From positions 154,089 through 218,088 of IMG/VR virus record IMGVR_UViG_3300009430_000004: DNA of 64,000 nt; one strand, written 5' to 3'. Below are positions 1 through 10,197 of this stretch, one piece after another; the first letter of the stretch is position 1; each line of letters starts with the position of its first letter. A program made the translations under genes and the position numbers. The notes beneath the pieces are model-generated. The model had not been told where the DNA came from, ran no database searches, and saw nothing but the letters and a program-made list of their open reading frames with translations.

Positions 1-562
1 CAACACCAGCTTTACTACTGTCAATCCATGTTTTTCCACCTATCTGAAGGGACTCCTCCCACCCAGAGTTTGGGAAAATTAATGCACCATCAGCGTCTAG
101 GGTATCCCCTGATTTACTAAGTTTTCTAGCTGGGTCAAAATTATTATTTGACCATAATCTAGACCATGCTTTCCAATCTGTCCCAGTTGAATACCCACCT
201 CTAACCCAAGTATCAGAATTACCAGATGAATGTGATATATACATCTGTCCGATAAAATCACTTGAGCCTACATGAGTACCATATACTACAAGAACACCCC
301 ATTGATAACACCCAGCAGGGTAGTTAGAGTTTCCTCCACCATAAATATTGTCTATACTATATATACCAGGGGTTGTCAAGCTATTCCAATCGCCGACAAA
401 TTTCCCCATAGCTCGAAGCATACTAGATACTTCAAATCCATCGAGCAGGTCAGCATTTATGCCAGACCCATGCCCATGGACTAATTTTATTAAGTCAAGA
501 AGATTTCCATGGTGGGCTGTTATATACCCACCAGTTTTACTTCCACCTCTATTACTTGCCAT
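1..562 (-). CDS. Tail fibre protein with pyocin-knob-like domain (runs off left edge; not in ORF track)
   Basis: Manual translation MASNRGG...GSGINADLLDG...TPGIYSI...QWGVLVV...QMYISH...WKAWSRL; AAAGGAG RBS; paralogous to knob modules of 3648..7433. Confidence 0.8.
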   Translation of the reverse strand, partial: MASNRGGSKTGGYITAHHGNLLDLIKLVHGHGSGINADLLDGFEVSSMLRAMGKFVGDWNSLTTPGIYSIDNIYGGGNSNYPAGCYQWGVLVVYGTHVGSSDFIGQMYISHSSGNSDTWVRGGYSTGTDWKAWSRLWSNNNFDPARKLSKSGDTLDADGALIFPNSGWEESLQIGGKTWIDSSKAGV

Positions 563-599
563 GATTATTCAACTCCTTTCATAAATAGTAAGGATTCTA

Positions 600-3500
600 T
601 TAAGTTAATGTTGAAACCTCTACAATTCTATTTTGAGGTTGCACCAATCTATTAGTAAATTTAGCCCTGTTCTTAAATAAGTTATCAAGTTCTGTATCTG
701 TCATACCCCTCTTACAAACAATCAAATCACGAAAGAATGAGTTACATGGAGTTGTCGGACTATTCTCACTATCCCATCCCCAACCCCCTAGGTTTAAATC
801 GTAACCAAACTTAGTTACATAACCATTAGGAGCCATGGAATATCCCGAAATAACTCTTGTGTATACACCCTCTGTGTATGACCATTCTTTTATTGTCAAA
901 GTTGAGCCTGATTTAACAAGACTAATCATTCTTGGATTATTATAATATTTAGCTGGGTCTATATCTGTTGGTGAAGCTTCAGAAATCTTATTTACCTGAT
1001 GAGTTTTCCCCCACCAAATGTAGTTACCACCAACAGTGTTATCTCCACACCCCAAGGAATCTAAATTAAAACTACCAAACTTATCATCTGATGTACCAAC
1101 AGGTATCTTGAAATAAACTATCGACCAATCACCATTCCAATTTAAACCTAAGTCTCGATGAAGATTAAAGGCTAATAATGATCTTTCTCGGATTCCATCA
1201 ACAAATGGTGTGATAAAAGGTCGTTTTTCCCATTGTACTCCACTAACATAGATAAGCCCTTTATCAGGAGAATATCCCCATACTAATGCATCAGCCGCTA
1301 TACCCCAGTCACAACTGTCAAAGAACTTTGTTGTTAGAGATATCCTATGCCAAATATCATCCTCTATCAAATGAGCATTGTACTTATCACTTGAAGAAAC
1401 CCATGTAGCCCAGTCGGTTTTTAAAATAGCAAATGAATAAGGATTAATTCCTGCTTTATTTATTACTTTAACATATGCTGATGAAGTGATATAATCACCT
1501 ATATTACCACTGAAAGCACCATTATAGACACCTTCCCATCCATGCCACTGTTCACTATCACCAGTCTTTTCAAATTCCCATGTTGTTGGACCTATATACG
1601 GTCTTATTGTATTCTTTCGTATAATCCCTCTAACTGTCCAGGGGTCGGTATGTCCACCAACAGTAGCCCATAGGTTCTCTGTTCTTCCACCAACCCATGC
1701 ATACCCATCTTCAAATACTACATTTTCCTCTATTGCTGCTTTAAATTGTCCAGTTGTATCCTTAGTATTAATACTAAGAGGGAAATATACAGCGTCAGAA
1801 GGTATATATGGAGGTAGTTCTTTTACCTTCGTTCTTAATTCACCAGTGCTAGTTATAGGCATCATGCTACCAGTTAGACTTTGGATTTCACTCAGAGTTA
1901 AACATCTGTTATACACATGCATATCCCTAACACTACAATTAGATTTTTCATTGAAGTAAATTTTATTAGCTGAGAATTCTATTGGAATTTCAGCGGTCAT
2001 ATATAATACTTGTGGTGCTGAAGTTAATGGTGTTCCATCAACTAAACCGAATGCTCCTGCCAATCCACCATCTATATACCACATTTCAACTAGATTCCAT
2101 CCTTTAACTAATGGTATATCTACAACGGGGTTTGACGGCACATTCCAACCACCAACCCAAACTACTGGTCCATTATTAATTCTCATAGCACCCCAGTCAT
2201 CAGCAATATATTTATGCTGAACTGTTACTGCTTCTGAGCAATACACAAATGTTCTCCATACAATCCCAGCATTATACTGAGATATATTCATATTAAAATC
2301 AGGGGTATCATCATCTAAATCCTTAAATGATGGGTCAGTGTATTCACTTATTTCATACCCTCCCCTGCCGATACCAACCCCTTTTACTGTATATCGAGTC
2401 CATTTATTTTTATACTCAGTTGTTTCTAGACCATTCTTATAAATTTTAAACTCATTGCCTGTCTTTGTTAGAATAAGTTTATTGAACTTATTGTCAAGGA
2501 TATGCTTCTTCTCTGACACTAAGGTGAAATCACCATAGAAATCAAATCTTGATGTTATTTCTAGCTTAGCATCTCCTCGTTCACCATTTATTCTAGCTGT
2601 CGGACAATTTCTTTTCTCAAGTTGTATATCAGCGAAATCAACGGTTGTATGTGAAAGCTGACTATTCATGAATACCCCACTGAATCGTCTATGAGGACCT
2701 TCAACGAACGTATATGGGGCATATGCCTGTTTCCACCCATCTTCTAGATCCTCAGTATAAATTGGGAGGGTACAACGCCAAGCCCCATTATCAAGGAACC
2801 ACCACCCTATAGAAAATGGTATACCATTCCCCTTGATAACTTTAAATTTGAATGACCAAACCCATGTTTCACCAGTATTATATGTGATTTCTGGTCCTTC
2901 ATATGATATGGGCCAATCTCCTCCATTACCGTCTTTTCTAATACACCTAATTCCATTTCCATAAGGTGTTTTGATGTATTCATGAAAAGTCTGACCATCT
3001 CCAGTACCAACAACCCAATTTTTATATCCATTAGAAAAATTCCCATTTTCAATGTAATTCTTACTAGCCTCATGAATGGAAATAAAATCCTGTCCCAATG
3101 GGAATACACAGTTTGTAGCTTTTACATTAGGGTTATCTAGCATTATATAATTGATATCCCTAAATTCGATTTTATAACTCTCCCAACGACCAAAATCCTC
3201 TATTTGAAACCACGCTCTCAAGGAATGTACAAAGTCACTAGGTAATGTAAATTTAATAGCGAAATCCACCCACTGACCATTAATATCTCCAGTTCTCCAA
3301 GTTTTAGCGATTACCCATCTATGAGGATTGGGTTCTACACTCATATAGTGGAATCCTATACTGGTCAAGGATTCATCATCTGGTGTTTTCCAGCATTTTA
3401 TTTTTCCAGTTATCAGAAATGTTGAACCATCATAATCATAGTAATCTGTGAATGTTGGTCCATGTACATCTCTTGTACTTGTAATAACTTTATCTATATA

Positions 3501-3635
3501 ATATTCTGTAAGTCTATCGTGACAATTCCCATCAAACGGGAAATGGTGTATTAAACCATTTGTTACAAGGGGAAGTCGTTCTTCGACTTCCCCAGCAATT
3601 AATAAATCTCCATCCTTAAAACGCCCTGCAATCAT
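600..3635 (-). CDS. Virion receptor-binding/tail protein with LamG-, CBM- and PA14-like beta-sandwich domains
   Basis: 1011 aa; HHFPFDGN LamG-like start, KNYIENGNFS and QLEK/QWEK CBM4/9-like motifs; inside tail operon; AGGAGG RBS. Confidence 0.65.
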   Translation of the reverse strand: MIAGRFKDGDLLIAGEVEERLPLVTNGLIHHFPFDGNCHDRLTEYYIDKVITSTRDVHGPTFTDYYDYDGSTFLITGKIKCWKTPDDESLTSIGFHYMSVEPNPHRWVIAKTWRTGDINGQWVDFAIKFTLPSDFVHSLRAWFQIEDFGRWESYKIEFRDINYIMLDNPNVKATNCVFPLGQDFISIHEASKNYIENGNFSNGYKNWVVGTGDGQTFHEYIKTPYGNGIRCIRKDGNGGDWPISYEGPEITYNTGETWVWSFKFKVIKGNGIPFSIGWWFLDNGAWRCTLPIYTEDLEDGWKQAYAPYTFVEGPHRRFSGVFMNSQLSHTTVDFADIQLEKRNCPTARINGERGDAKLEITSRFDFYGDFTLVSEKKHILDNKFNKLILTKTGNEFKIYKNGLETTEYKNKWTRYTVKGVGIGRGGYEISEYTDPSFKDLDDDTPDFNMNISQYNAGIVWRTFVYCSEAVTVQHKYIADDWGAMRINNGPVVWVGGWNVPSNPVVDIPLVKGWNLVEMWYIDGGLAGAFGLVDGTPLTSAPQVLYMTAEIPIEFSANKIYFNEKSNCSVRDMHVYNRCLTLSEIQSLTGSMMPITSTGELRTKVKELPPYIPSDAVYFPLSINTKDTTGQFKAAIEENVVFEDGYAWVGGRTENLWATVGGHTDPWTVRGIIRKNTIRPYIGPTTWEFEKTGDSEQWHGWEGVYNGAFSGNIGDYITSSAYVKVINKAGINPYSFAILKTDWATWVSSSDKYNAHLIEDDIWHRISLTTKFFDSCDWGIAADALVWGYSPDKGLIYVSGVQWEKRPFITPFVDGIRERSLLAFNLHRDLGLNWNGDWSIVYFKIPVGTSDDKFGSFNLDSLGCGDNTVGGNYIWWGKTHQVNKISEASPTDIDPAKYYNNPRMISLVKSGSTLTIKEWSYTEGVYTRVISGYSMAPNGYVTKFGYDLNLGGWGWDSENSPTTPCNSFFRDLIVCKRGMTDTELDNLFKNRAKFTNRLVQPQNRIVEVSTLT

Positions 3636-3647
3636 ATATATCCCTCC

Positions 3648-6600
3648 TTAAATGAATACAATGTCTAATGCATTTTCTGAGGAATTGTGTCTTAGCTCTA
3701 TTTTGTTATTAATAGCTATAACACCTGCACTTAATCTATTATTGGTTACATTATCAGCATCACTTCTTAGGAATTGACTAGCATGTAAACCATCTACTGT
3801 ATCTGAGTTACCGCCATTAGCTGGTAATGTAGTCGGAATATCTTCCATTCTAGCAACCCTTTTCCAAGCTTCCCAAGTACCAGATTCTTTATTTCTAAAC
3901 CACATATTACCAGACCTCCACGATATTGCAATCTGTGTTGCCCATTGATGTTGAGGTCCACTAAATTGATTATGGATTACAGATTTATCTGATTCACCAT
4001 CTTCTGTTGGCACATTTACATCACAATGATAGAACCCACTATGATCTAATGTATTGGCATCTCGAGATGTTATATGAGATAATGCTAAGTTAGAAACATG
4101 ATAACCATCAATGGTATCTGCATTACCTCCATTAGCTGGTAATGTAGTAGGAAGATCCTGCATTGTAGCCATCCTAGTCCATGGTTGCCAATCATCATCC
4201 CATCCACCTCTGAAGTAAATATCCTTGTTTTGATGAGACATATACATCTGATTTACGGCATTTCCAGCACTTTTAAGACCCTTGAATACAACAAGAGTAC
4301 CATATTGATATGCATTAGCTGGAGGTGTATTTACACAACCAGTAAATTCAGAAATCGTATACATGCCAGGCTTTCTTAATGTATTAAAATCGCCTTTAAA
4401 TATAGTGCCATCACCAACAGCTCTCATGAAATCTTCAGACTCAATTCCGTCAAACTTATCAGCATCAAGCCCTGAACCAGCACCGTCATTACCTGAGTTC
4501 CAATTAGTTACCCATGGACACCATGTACCGTGAGTCTTTTCTCTTATATACATTGTATTACCATTGTTAGTCGTTGAAAATGCTAATTGTGTAACATAAT
4601 CTTTATCGGCTGAACATATTACCAAAATCTTATGCCAGTCGAGTCCTGCAACACCATATGCAGGATTTGGTACATCATACCATCCATTATCTAACAACGT
4701 ATTTAAATCATAACCTGCTGGTAATCTTTTTGCACCATTACCTAAGCCATATCCAGAAGGTGCGAAGTAGTCACGAATGTTTTTACCACTCATTATTATA
4801 TCTTTAAGAGTCATTGTACCAACAGGTGACATTCGGGCCCCTTCATGCCAACCGTTTCCATCGTCCCATCCCCATGTAAAGTAATCTTGGTTTTCAATTC
4901 CATCATCACTTATACCAAATCTCATTTCTGAGAAATTGTTATTCTCAATGTGCTTAATATATCCAGGGTCATTTGCTTGTGATGGGAAGTAAATTATTGA
5001 GTCTGTTCCTTGTTTACTAACAATCAAGGTTTTACTAACTGTCATATTACCAGCAGTTGTAGTATCGGTATCTGACCTCATAAACTGAGATGCGTGAATT
5101 CCATCCACTGTATCTGCGTCAATATTTGAGTTGTGACCAGTATTAAGGTCAGTTAAATCAAAAATCGTTGAAGCCGCTATATGCCAAACTAGATGTGCTC
5201 CTGCTGTTGGTGCAGGTCCCCCGTCAACTGCTAGGAAACCACCATCATTAAATATACCAGTTTCACCGCAAATATGGACCCTAATATACGTCTCCCACTT
5301 ACCAGTACCAACATTAGTTGATAACCAATAGTGTAATGTATTATCACCACTATCGTTAGAATAATAATTCAGATGATAACCCACTGGAAGTTTTGCTTTA
5401 AAAACCATTATGAATACGCCATTAATTCTACTATAGAAACGCTGAACCACACCTCCATAATGAGGGGATGTTGGGTTACCATTATGTCTAATTTCTAATA
5501 CTTTTTTGGTCTTATTTGGAGCAGTATTCATATCAATTCTATTTATTGCAACACCATCACTACCTGCTGAGTTATTATAAATAAAATATCCATTTAAACC
5601 ACTAGCAAATTCTTCATCTAATAATAGTTTTTTACCTTGTCTAACAGCATATGCTATAGGATTGATTGCACCCATGCCGTTATTACCAAGTATAACTTGC
5701 AGAAGTTTATATCCCTCTGAGTTAAAACTATTAGCATCAAGAGGTCCTTCAACTGTTAAATAGTTATTGATGGTGTCACCATTTTTATTAACAGCATCAG
5801 TTATTCCAATATCAGCTATTGTGGATGGATTGTCAGCGGAAGTCACTCTACCTTTACCATCAACAGTCACTCTCTTATATGTGCCAGGATTAACACCAGT
5901 ATTTTCTAATGTTAACTCAAGATAAGCTTCACTTTCACCGAGAGTTGCAGTTCCAGTAGCATCACCATAGATACTTAATCCATGGGTATGTGTTTTCATT
6001 GATCTAAGATTTAATTCATTGGCAAGCCCATCAATTGTAGAAATTGAGGGTCTTCCGTAGTTTATATAATCTCCTGGACGAAGAGTATGTCCAGTACATA
6101 ATTTAAGAGTTCCTTCTTCAGCATTTCTAACTGCTATCAATAGATGATTGGAGTCTAAACCTCCAACAACCATGGTTGAATAGTCAGCTACAAAAAGGGT
6201 TACATCAGAAGCATTACCACCAGGAGTATGCTTAGCATATAATGCTATCCAACCACCCGCAGGTCCACTCATTAAAATACCACCATCATCTACAGTTACA
6301 GGTGGACACCCAGCTAATCCTGCAATAACAGTACCAACTGGAGGCATAAAAATATCTATATATGCCGATACATTATTTTCTTTATCCATCGGTATAACTA
6401 TAAATCTATTTGTCCATTTTACTTTTGAGTTGTTCCATGATATAACACCCCCACCAGTTATGGCAAAGTGTGCTTGCATGTAGTCAACAATCTTTTGGTC
6501 TCTGGCATCAACTTCATCTTTTCTATAAGCATCGGCTATACCATAACCTGCTATAGTAGTAGGACTAGAAGCACCAGTGATACGACCTTGAGCATTGACT

Positions 6601-7433
6601 GTGAACATAGTATAGGTTCCAGGGGTAACCCCTGTGTCGGTAAGATATAATGTATTACCGTTTTTAGATAATCCTGTGCCAGGAATAATCTGACCAGCAC
6701 CACTAAATTGAACGAAATTAAGGTTTGTTACACCAACTTGAATTCCATCATCAGTAGTTAATACCCAACCAGAATCTTTATTCCAAGTACCATCTTCAAC
6801 AAATACGAACATACCTTTCTTTATAGTAGCCGTACTGTTACAATCAGTTGCTCTTTCCCAAGCACCTGCATGAGCAATCCATATACCATTTTGATTAGGT
6901 GTTGCTTGGTCTTTTACAAGAACTCTATCATTTTCATTAAGTTGTATATCATCAATTACATGAAGTCCAGCTAACGATATATCTCCTCTTGTTGCAATTC
7001 TAACAGAGTCTTTAACATCCAAACCAAGTATTACATTATCAACATAGTTCTTTGTTGCGGGATGCATAGGCTGAGTAGGGTCAGCGTGAAGTATTAAGTA
7101 TCCACGCATAGAGTCCCCGTCTTTATTAACAGGGTCATAGCCTCTTACTGTATCTGCGTCCAAACCGCTATTTAATCCATCAACTGTTTTCAATAATGCC
7201 AATATATTTGCGGCATTGAAATCAACTGCTGGAAGCTTTGTTGCCAAAGCGGCAGCTACTGTTTGAGCAAATGTTGGGTCGTTGTTAATTGAGGCGTATA
7301 AGTCCTTTAATGATATAACATTATCGAACCATTGATATCCTTTTATATCTGCTATTGTGCTAGTAACCAATCCTAACCATTCTATTATACTGACTGGTCT
7401 TTGGGGATGCATTACTAAATTTTTATCAGCCAT
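3648..7433 (-). CDS. Long modular tail fibre protein
   Basis: 1261 aa; GLDAD/DADTVDG linkers, two TG(V)xPGTY..TV...GR(I/V)T repeats, three knob modules, LPANGGN(A/S)DT repeats; late promoter upstream. Confidence 0.85.
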   Translation of the reverse strand: MADKNLVMHPQRPVSIIEWLGLVTSTIADIKGYQWFDNVISLKDLYASINNDPTFAQTVAAALATKLPAVDFNAANILALLKTVDGLNSGLDADTVRGYDPVNKDGDSMRGYLILHADPTQPMHPATKNYVDNVILGLDVKDSVRIATRGDISLAGLHVIDDIQLNENDRVLVKDQATPNQNGIWIAHAGAWERATDCNSTATIKKGMFVFVEDGTWNKDSGWVLTTDDGIQVGVTNLNFVQFSGAGQIIPGTGLSKNGNTLYLTDTGVTPGTYTMFTVNAQGRITGASSPTTIAGYGIADAYRKDEVDARDQKIVDYMQAHFAITGGGVISWNNSKVKWTNRFIVIPMDKENNVSAYIDIFMPPVGTVIAGLAGCPPVTVDDGGILMSGPAGGWIALYAKHTPGGNASDVTLFVADYSTMVVGGLDSNHLLIAVRNAEEGTLKLCTGHTLRPGDYINYGRPSISTIDGLANELNLRSMKTHTHGLSIYGDATGTATLGESEAYLELTLENTGVNPGTYKRVTVDGKGRVTSADNPSTIADIGITDAVNKNGDTINNYLTVEGPLDANSFNSEGYKLLQVILGNNGMGAINPIAYAVRQGKKLLLDEEFASGLNGYFIYNNSAGSDGVAINRIDMNTAPNKTKKVLEIRHNGNPTSPHYGGVVQRFYSRINGVFIMVFKAKLPVGYHLNYYSNDSGDNTLHYWLSTNVGTGKWETYIRVHICGETGIFNDGGFLAVDGGPAPTAGAHLVWHIAASTIFDLTDLNTGHNSNIDADTVDGIHASQFMRSDTDTTTAGNMTVSKTLIVSKQGTDSIIYFPSQANDPGYIKHIENNNFSEMRFGISDDGIENQDYFTWGWDDGNGWHEGARMSPVGTMTLKDIIMSGKNIRDYFAPSGYGLGNGAKRLPAGYDLNTLLDNGWYDVPNPAYGVAGLDWHKILVICSADKDYVTQLAFSTTNNGNTMYIREKTHGTWCPWVTNWNSGNDGAGSGLDADKFDGIESEDFMRAVGDGTIFKGDFNTLRKPGMYTISEFTGCVNTPPANAYQYGTLVVFKGLKSAGNAVNQMYMSHQNKDIYFRGGWDDDWQPWTRMATMQDLPTTLPANGGNADTIDGYHVSNLALSHITSRDANTLDHSGFYHCDVNVPTEDGESDKSVIHNQFSGPQHQWATQIAISWRSGNMWFRNKESGTWEAWKRVARMEDIPTTLPANGGNSDTVDGLHASQFLRSDADNVTNNRLSAGVIAINNKIELRHNSSENALDIVFI
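3810..4170 (-). repeat. Imperfect ~45-bp direct repeat flanking one knob module (about 3810-3855 and 4125-4170)
   Basis: Both copies contain CCATTAGCTGGTAATGTAGT (encodes TTLPANG). Confidence 0.8.
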
Positions 7434-7462
7434 AAAAAATCACTCCTTTCTAGCTATTTCTT

Positions 7463-7474
7463 TATTAAATTGTT
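7463..7474 (-). promoter_or_regulatory. Late promoter AACA-N6-TA (tail fibre operon)
   Basis: AACA ATTTAA TA. Confidence 0.7.
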
Positions 7475-7507
7475 TTTAATAACCAAAATTATTCCGAGTT
7501 AAAGGGC

Positions 7508-7557
7508 AAATGTGGGATGTAAGCAAGCTTAAAAGCAATTGCTTACATCCCATATTT
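7508..7557 (-). terminator. Intrinsic terminator, 19-bp stem
   Basis: AAATGTGGGATGTAAGCAA / TTGCTTACATCCCATATTT. Confidence 0.7.
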
Positions 7558-7563
7558 AGCATT

Positions 7564-8352
7564 TTATAACTTTCGTATATAAGTTGCACTCACAAATCCT
7601 ATACCTGACGAAATAACTGTTGTAGGCACAGGAATTGACCACCAACCATTTTGGAGGTTCATTAATTTAACTCTAGTATTCATTTCTAATTCACAGATAA
7701 CAGGGTAATTTGTGCCCCTACCTGATCTCACATTAAGCATTTTAGCAGTTGTTACTCCATATACTTCATTTGATGGAACTGCTGCTTCAGGTAATATAGC
7801 AATTCCTAAGTGGTCAAGGATACCATAAGCAATCGCAATACCCATCTTCTGTTGTTCTGGGATAGTATCCACTATCTGTTTGTCAACATCATTGTCGATG
7901 AAGGCTCCTTCAACGATAATTGCAGTCATATCAGTTTGTCTGATTACACCGTAGTAATCTGTTTTCCCATTTGTGCTTTTTTTTGAGAATGTTGGGTTAG
8001 GTCTAAAGTTTTGACCTGTTACAGTATGAACTCTTTCAACAACTTTTTTAGCTAAATCAGTGCCTTTTCCGTAGAAAATGCTATGGATAGCCTCAGCTCC
8101 GTCTCCACCACCAGCATTGTAATGGATTGAAACAAAATAGTCAGCTCCCCATTTATTAGCCATGTCGCATCTTTCTGTAAGTCCAACATACCTATCATCG
8201 CTTCGTGTTAATCCCACTGTTAACCCATGCCGAACAAGTACCTCTTTACATTTTAGTGTTGTAACAAGATTCATGTTCTTTTCAACAAGACCATTTGCTA
8301 CAGCACCAGGTTCATTTCCACCATGTCCAGCGTCTAACCATACCTTTGGCAT
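7564..8352 (-). CDS. N-acetylmuramoyl-L-alanine amidase (Amidase_3) with C-terminal SH3b
   Basis: DAGHGG..E..N, SIHYNA, IVEGAF Zn/catalytic motifs; LNVRSGRGTNY..I SH3b motif. Confidence 0.9.
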   Translation of the reverse strand: MPKVWLDAGHGGNEPGAVANGLVEKNMNLVTTLKCKEVLVRHGLTVGLTRSDDRYVGLTERCDMANKWGADYFVSIHYNAGGGDGAEAIHSIFYGKGTDLAKKVVERVHTVTGQNFRPNPTFSKKSTNGKTDYYGVIRQTDMTAIIVEGAFIDNDVDKQIVDTIPEQQKMGIAIAYGILDHLGIAILPEAAVPSNEVYGVTTAKMLNVRSGRGTNYPVICELEMNTRVKLMNLQNGWWSIPVPTTVISSGIGFVSATYIRKL

Positions 8353-8375
8353 ATTATCAGCCCCTTTCTTTTTAT

Positions 8376-8387
8376 TAATTTAATGTT
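8376..8387 (-). promoter_or_regulatory. Late promoter (amidase-SH3)
   Basis: AACA TTAAAT TA. Confidence 0.7.
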
Positions 8388-8408
8388 TGTGATATGAAAA
8401 AAATACAT

Positions 8409-8444
8409 AAAAAATAAGGAATCGTGATATAAAACACGATTCCT
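8409..8444 (-). terminator. Intrinsic terminator
   Basis: AGGAATCGTG / CACGATTCCT with A-tract. Confidence 0.75.
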
Positions 8445-8449
8445 CACCT

Positions 8450-9604
8450 TTAACCTTCTACCAATACTCTGTAGGTATTTGGTCCTACAACGCTATCATC
8501 AGCAATGTGATGATTCCATTGATATTCTTTAATTTTTCCTGCTGTAAGCGGTCCGAAACATCCATCTGGATCTGCCCCAACAGCAGTTTGAACCCATCTA
8601 ACAGCCTCTCCCCTACTACCAATTCTAAGAACTGGCATCTTAGCATAGGTACTCTTTGTTAAAGCACCAACACTACCATCAACATCAAGAAGATTTCCAT
8701 TCTTGTCTGTTATTCCAAGAGCTCTTGTTAACTCTTGGTATGCTCTAACTTTACTAGAGCCACCAGGAACAGGTTTATTTAGTTCTGCAATAGCTTCATT
8801 AAGCTTTCCTAATGTCTTAGGACCTGCAACACCATCATCTTCTCCTGCACCAAGATACTTTAATTGGAATGCTTTAACAGCAGCTTCTGTTCTTGGACCA
8901 AAATCTCCATCAGCAGATAGTTGATATCCAAGTTTAACGAGCTTTAATTGCATTTCCATAACTGTTGTACTCTTATCTCCTCTTCTGAGGCAAGTTATTC
9001 CAGGGTTTGCTTTTGGCTTCTGTACAGGAATTACTGGTGCACCATTTTGAGTAGGCATTCCAGCGGCATCCAATATGCCATGAGCTATAGCAATCCCAAA
9101 TCTTTGTTGTTCTTCAACAGTATCCACTATTTTACTATCGGCACTATCAACAAATGCTCCTTCAACAATTACAGGAGGTGCATTGTTACCTCTAATAACG
9201 CCATAATAGTCAGTTCCTCTTGAATTTAATCTTGTGTAGGTTGGCTTTGGTCTAGTATTTTGTCCTAATTCGGACACGATTCTGTTAACGATACGTGATG
9301 CTAAAATATCATCTGTCATTCCGTGGAAGATACTATGGATGGCTTCCACCCCATCCCCACCACCAGCATTGTAGTGAATGGACACAAAGAAATCAGGTCC
9401 CCAAGCATTTGACAAAGCACATCTTTCATCAAGATCGAGATAAATGTCAGTTGTTCGGGACATTCCAACAATAACACCATGTCTCTCAAGTTCTACCTTA
9501 CAAGCAATTGCTGTTGTGAGATTCATGTGTTTTTCAATTAAGTTACCAGAAACGGCACCAGGATCAGAGCCACCATGACCAGGGTCTAACCATACTTTTA
9601 GCAT
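8450..9604 (-). CDS. N-acetylmuramoyl-L-alanine amidase (Amidase_3) with three PG-binding repeats
   Basis: DPGHGGSDPGA, SIHYNA, IVEGAF; DGDFGPRTEAAVKAFQ, DGSVGALT, DGCFGPLT..IKEYQ PG_binding_1 motifs. Confidence 0.9.
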   Translation of the reverse strand: MLKVWLDPGHGGSDPGAVSGNLIEKHMNLTTAIACKVELERHGVIVGMSRTTDIYLDLDERCALSNAWGPDFFVSIHYNAGGGDGVEAIHSIFHGMTDDILASRIVNRIVSELGQNTRPKPTYTRLNSRGTDYYGVIRGNNAPPVIVEGAFVDSADSKIVDTVEEQQRFGIAIAHGILDAAGMPTQNGAPVIPVQKPKANPGITCLRRGDKSTTVMEMQLKLVKLGYQLSADGDFGPRTEAAVKAFQLKYLGAGEDDGVAGPKTLGKLNEAIAELNKPVPGGSSKVRAYQELTRALGITDKNGNLLDVDGSVGALTKSTYAKMPVLRIGSRGEAVRWVQTAVGADPDGCFGPLTAGKIKEYQWNHHIADDSVVGPNTYRVLVEG

Positions 9605-9635
9605 GGGTTGTCACTCCTTCTTTGTTATAGATTCT

Positions 9636-9647
9636 TAATAGAATGTT
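9636..9647 (-). promoter_or_regulatory. Late promoter (amidase-PGBD)
   Basis: AACA TTCTAT TA. Confidence 0.7.
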
Positions 9648-9650
9648 AAA

Positions 9651-9695
9651 AAAATAAAAGTTAAATGGTGATTAACACCATTTAACCTTATTTTC
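9651..9695 (-). terminator. Intrinsic terminator
   Basis: GTTAAATGGTG / CACCATTTAAC. Confidence 0.75.
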
Positions 9696-10184
9696 TTATT
9701 TGTGGACTTCAAATAAAATCAACTCACCAGTATTTAACCCAAACTTTAATGTTATTGTTAATCTATCAGAGTTTAAAGTCCAATCTCTAGTCCTAAAGAG
9801 CCTACCCCTAACACTGTGATATATAACTAATGAATCCTTATCAACATCATACAATGGTTGATTAATAGGACATACAGTAGTTCCATCACCAGGAGATTTG
9901 AATTCTGACTCTAATATGACAGAATTTCTTTCTAATCTGAAAGTATAAATATCCCAATCATCAGGGTTGAAAACACCAGTAACTGATTCTTTTTTACATA
10001 CGTGAAGTTTATACTTACCATCAGCAGCGTCATTTCTATATATGACATCATTACGATAGTATATTTCGTTTTCCTTAAAATCACGCACTTTGTCGATATT
10101 GTATAACACAACATCAGAAATTAACCTGATAATATTGTTAGAATCAATATTCCTCAGATTATCTTTCATAATTTCAATACTCAT
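9696..10184 (-). CDS. Putative virion protein (possible small carbohydrate-binding motif)
   Basis: 162 aa, AGGAGG RBS, co-transcribed with late gene; Y.RNDVIY...Y..HVC....FNPDDW resembles CBM5/12. Confidence 0.5.
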   Translation of the reverse strand: MSIEIMKDNLRNIDSNNIIRLISDVVLYNIDKVRDFKENEIYYRNDVIYRNDAADGKYKLHVCKKESVTGVFNPDDWDIYTFRLERNSVILESEFKSPGDGTTVCPINQPLYDVDKDSLVIYHSVRGRLFRTRDWTLNSDRLTITLKFGLNTGELILFEVHK

Positions 10185-10197
10185 GTTCTATCCCTCC

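Noticed and set aside
3810-4170. Repeat pair as a diversity-generating retroelement TR/VR
   Set aside because: Mismatches are not adenine-specific, the repeat is short, and no reverse transcriptase is in the window.
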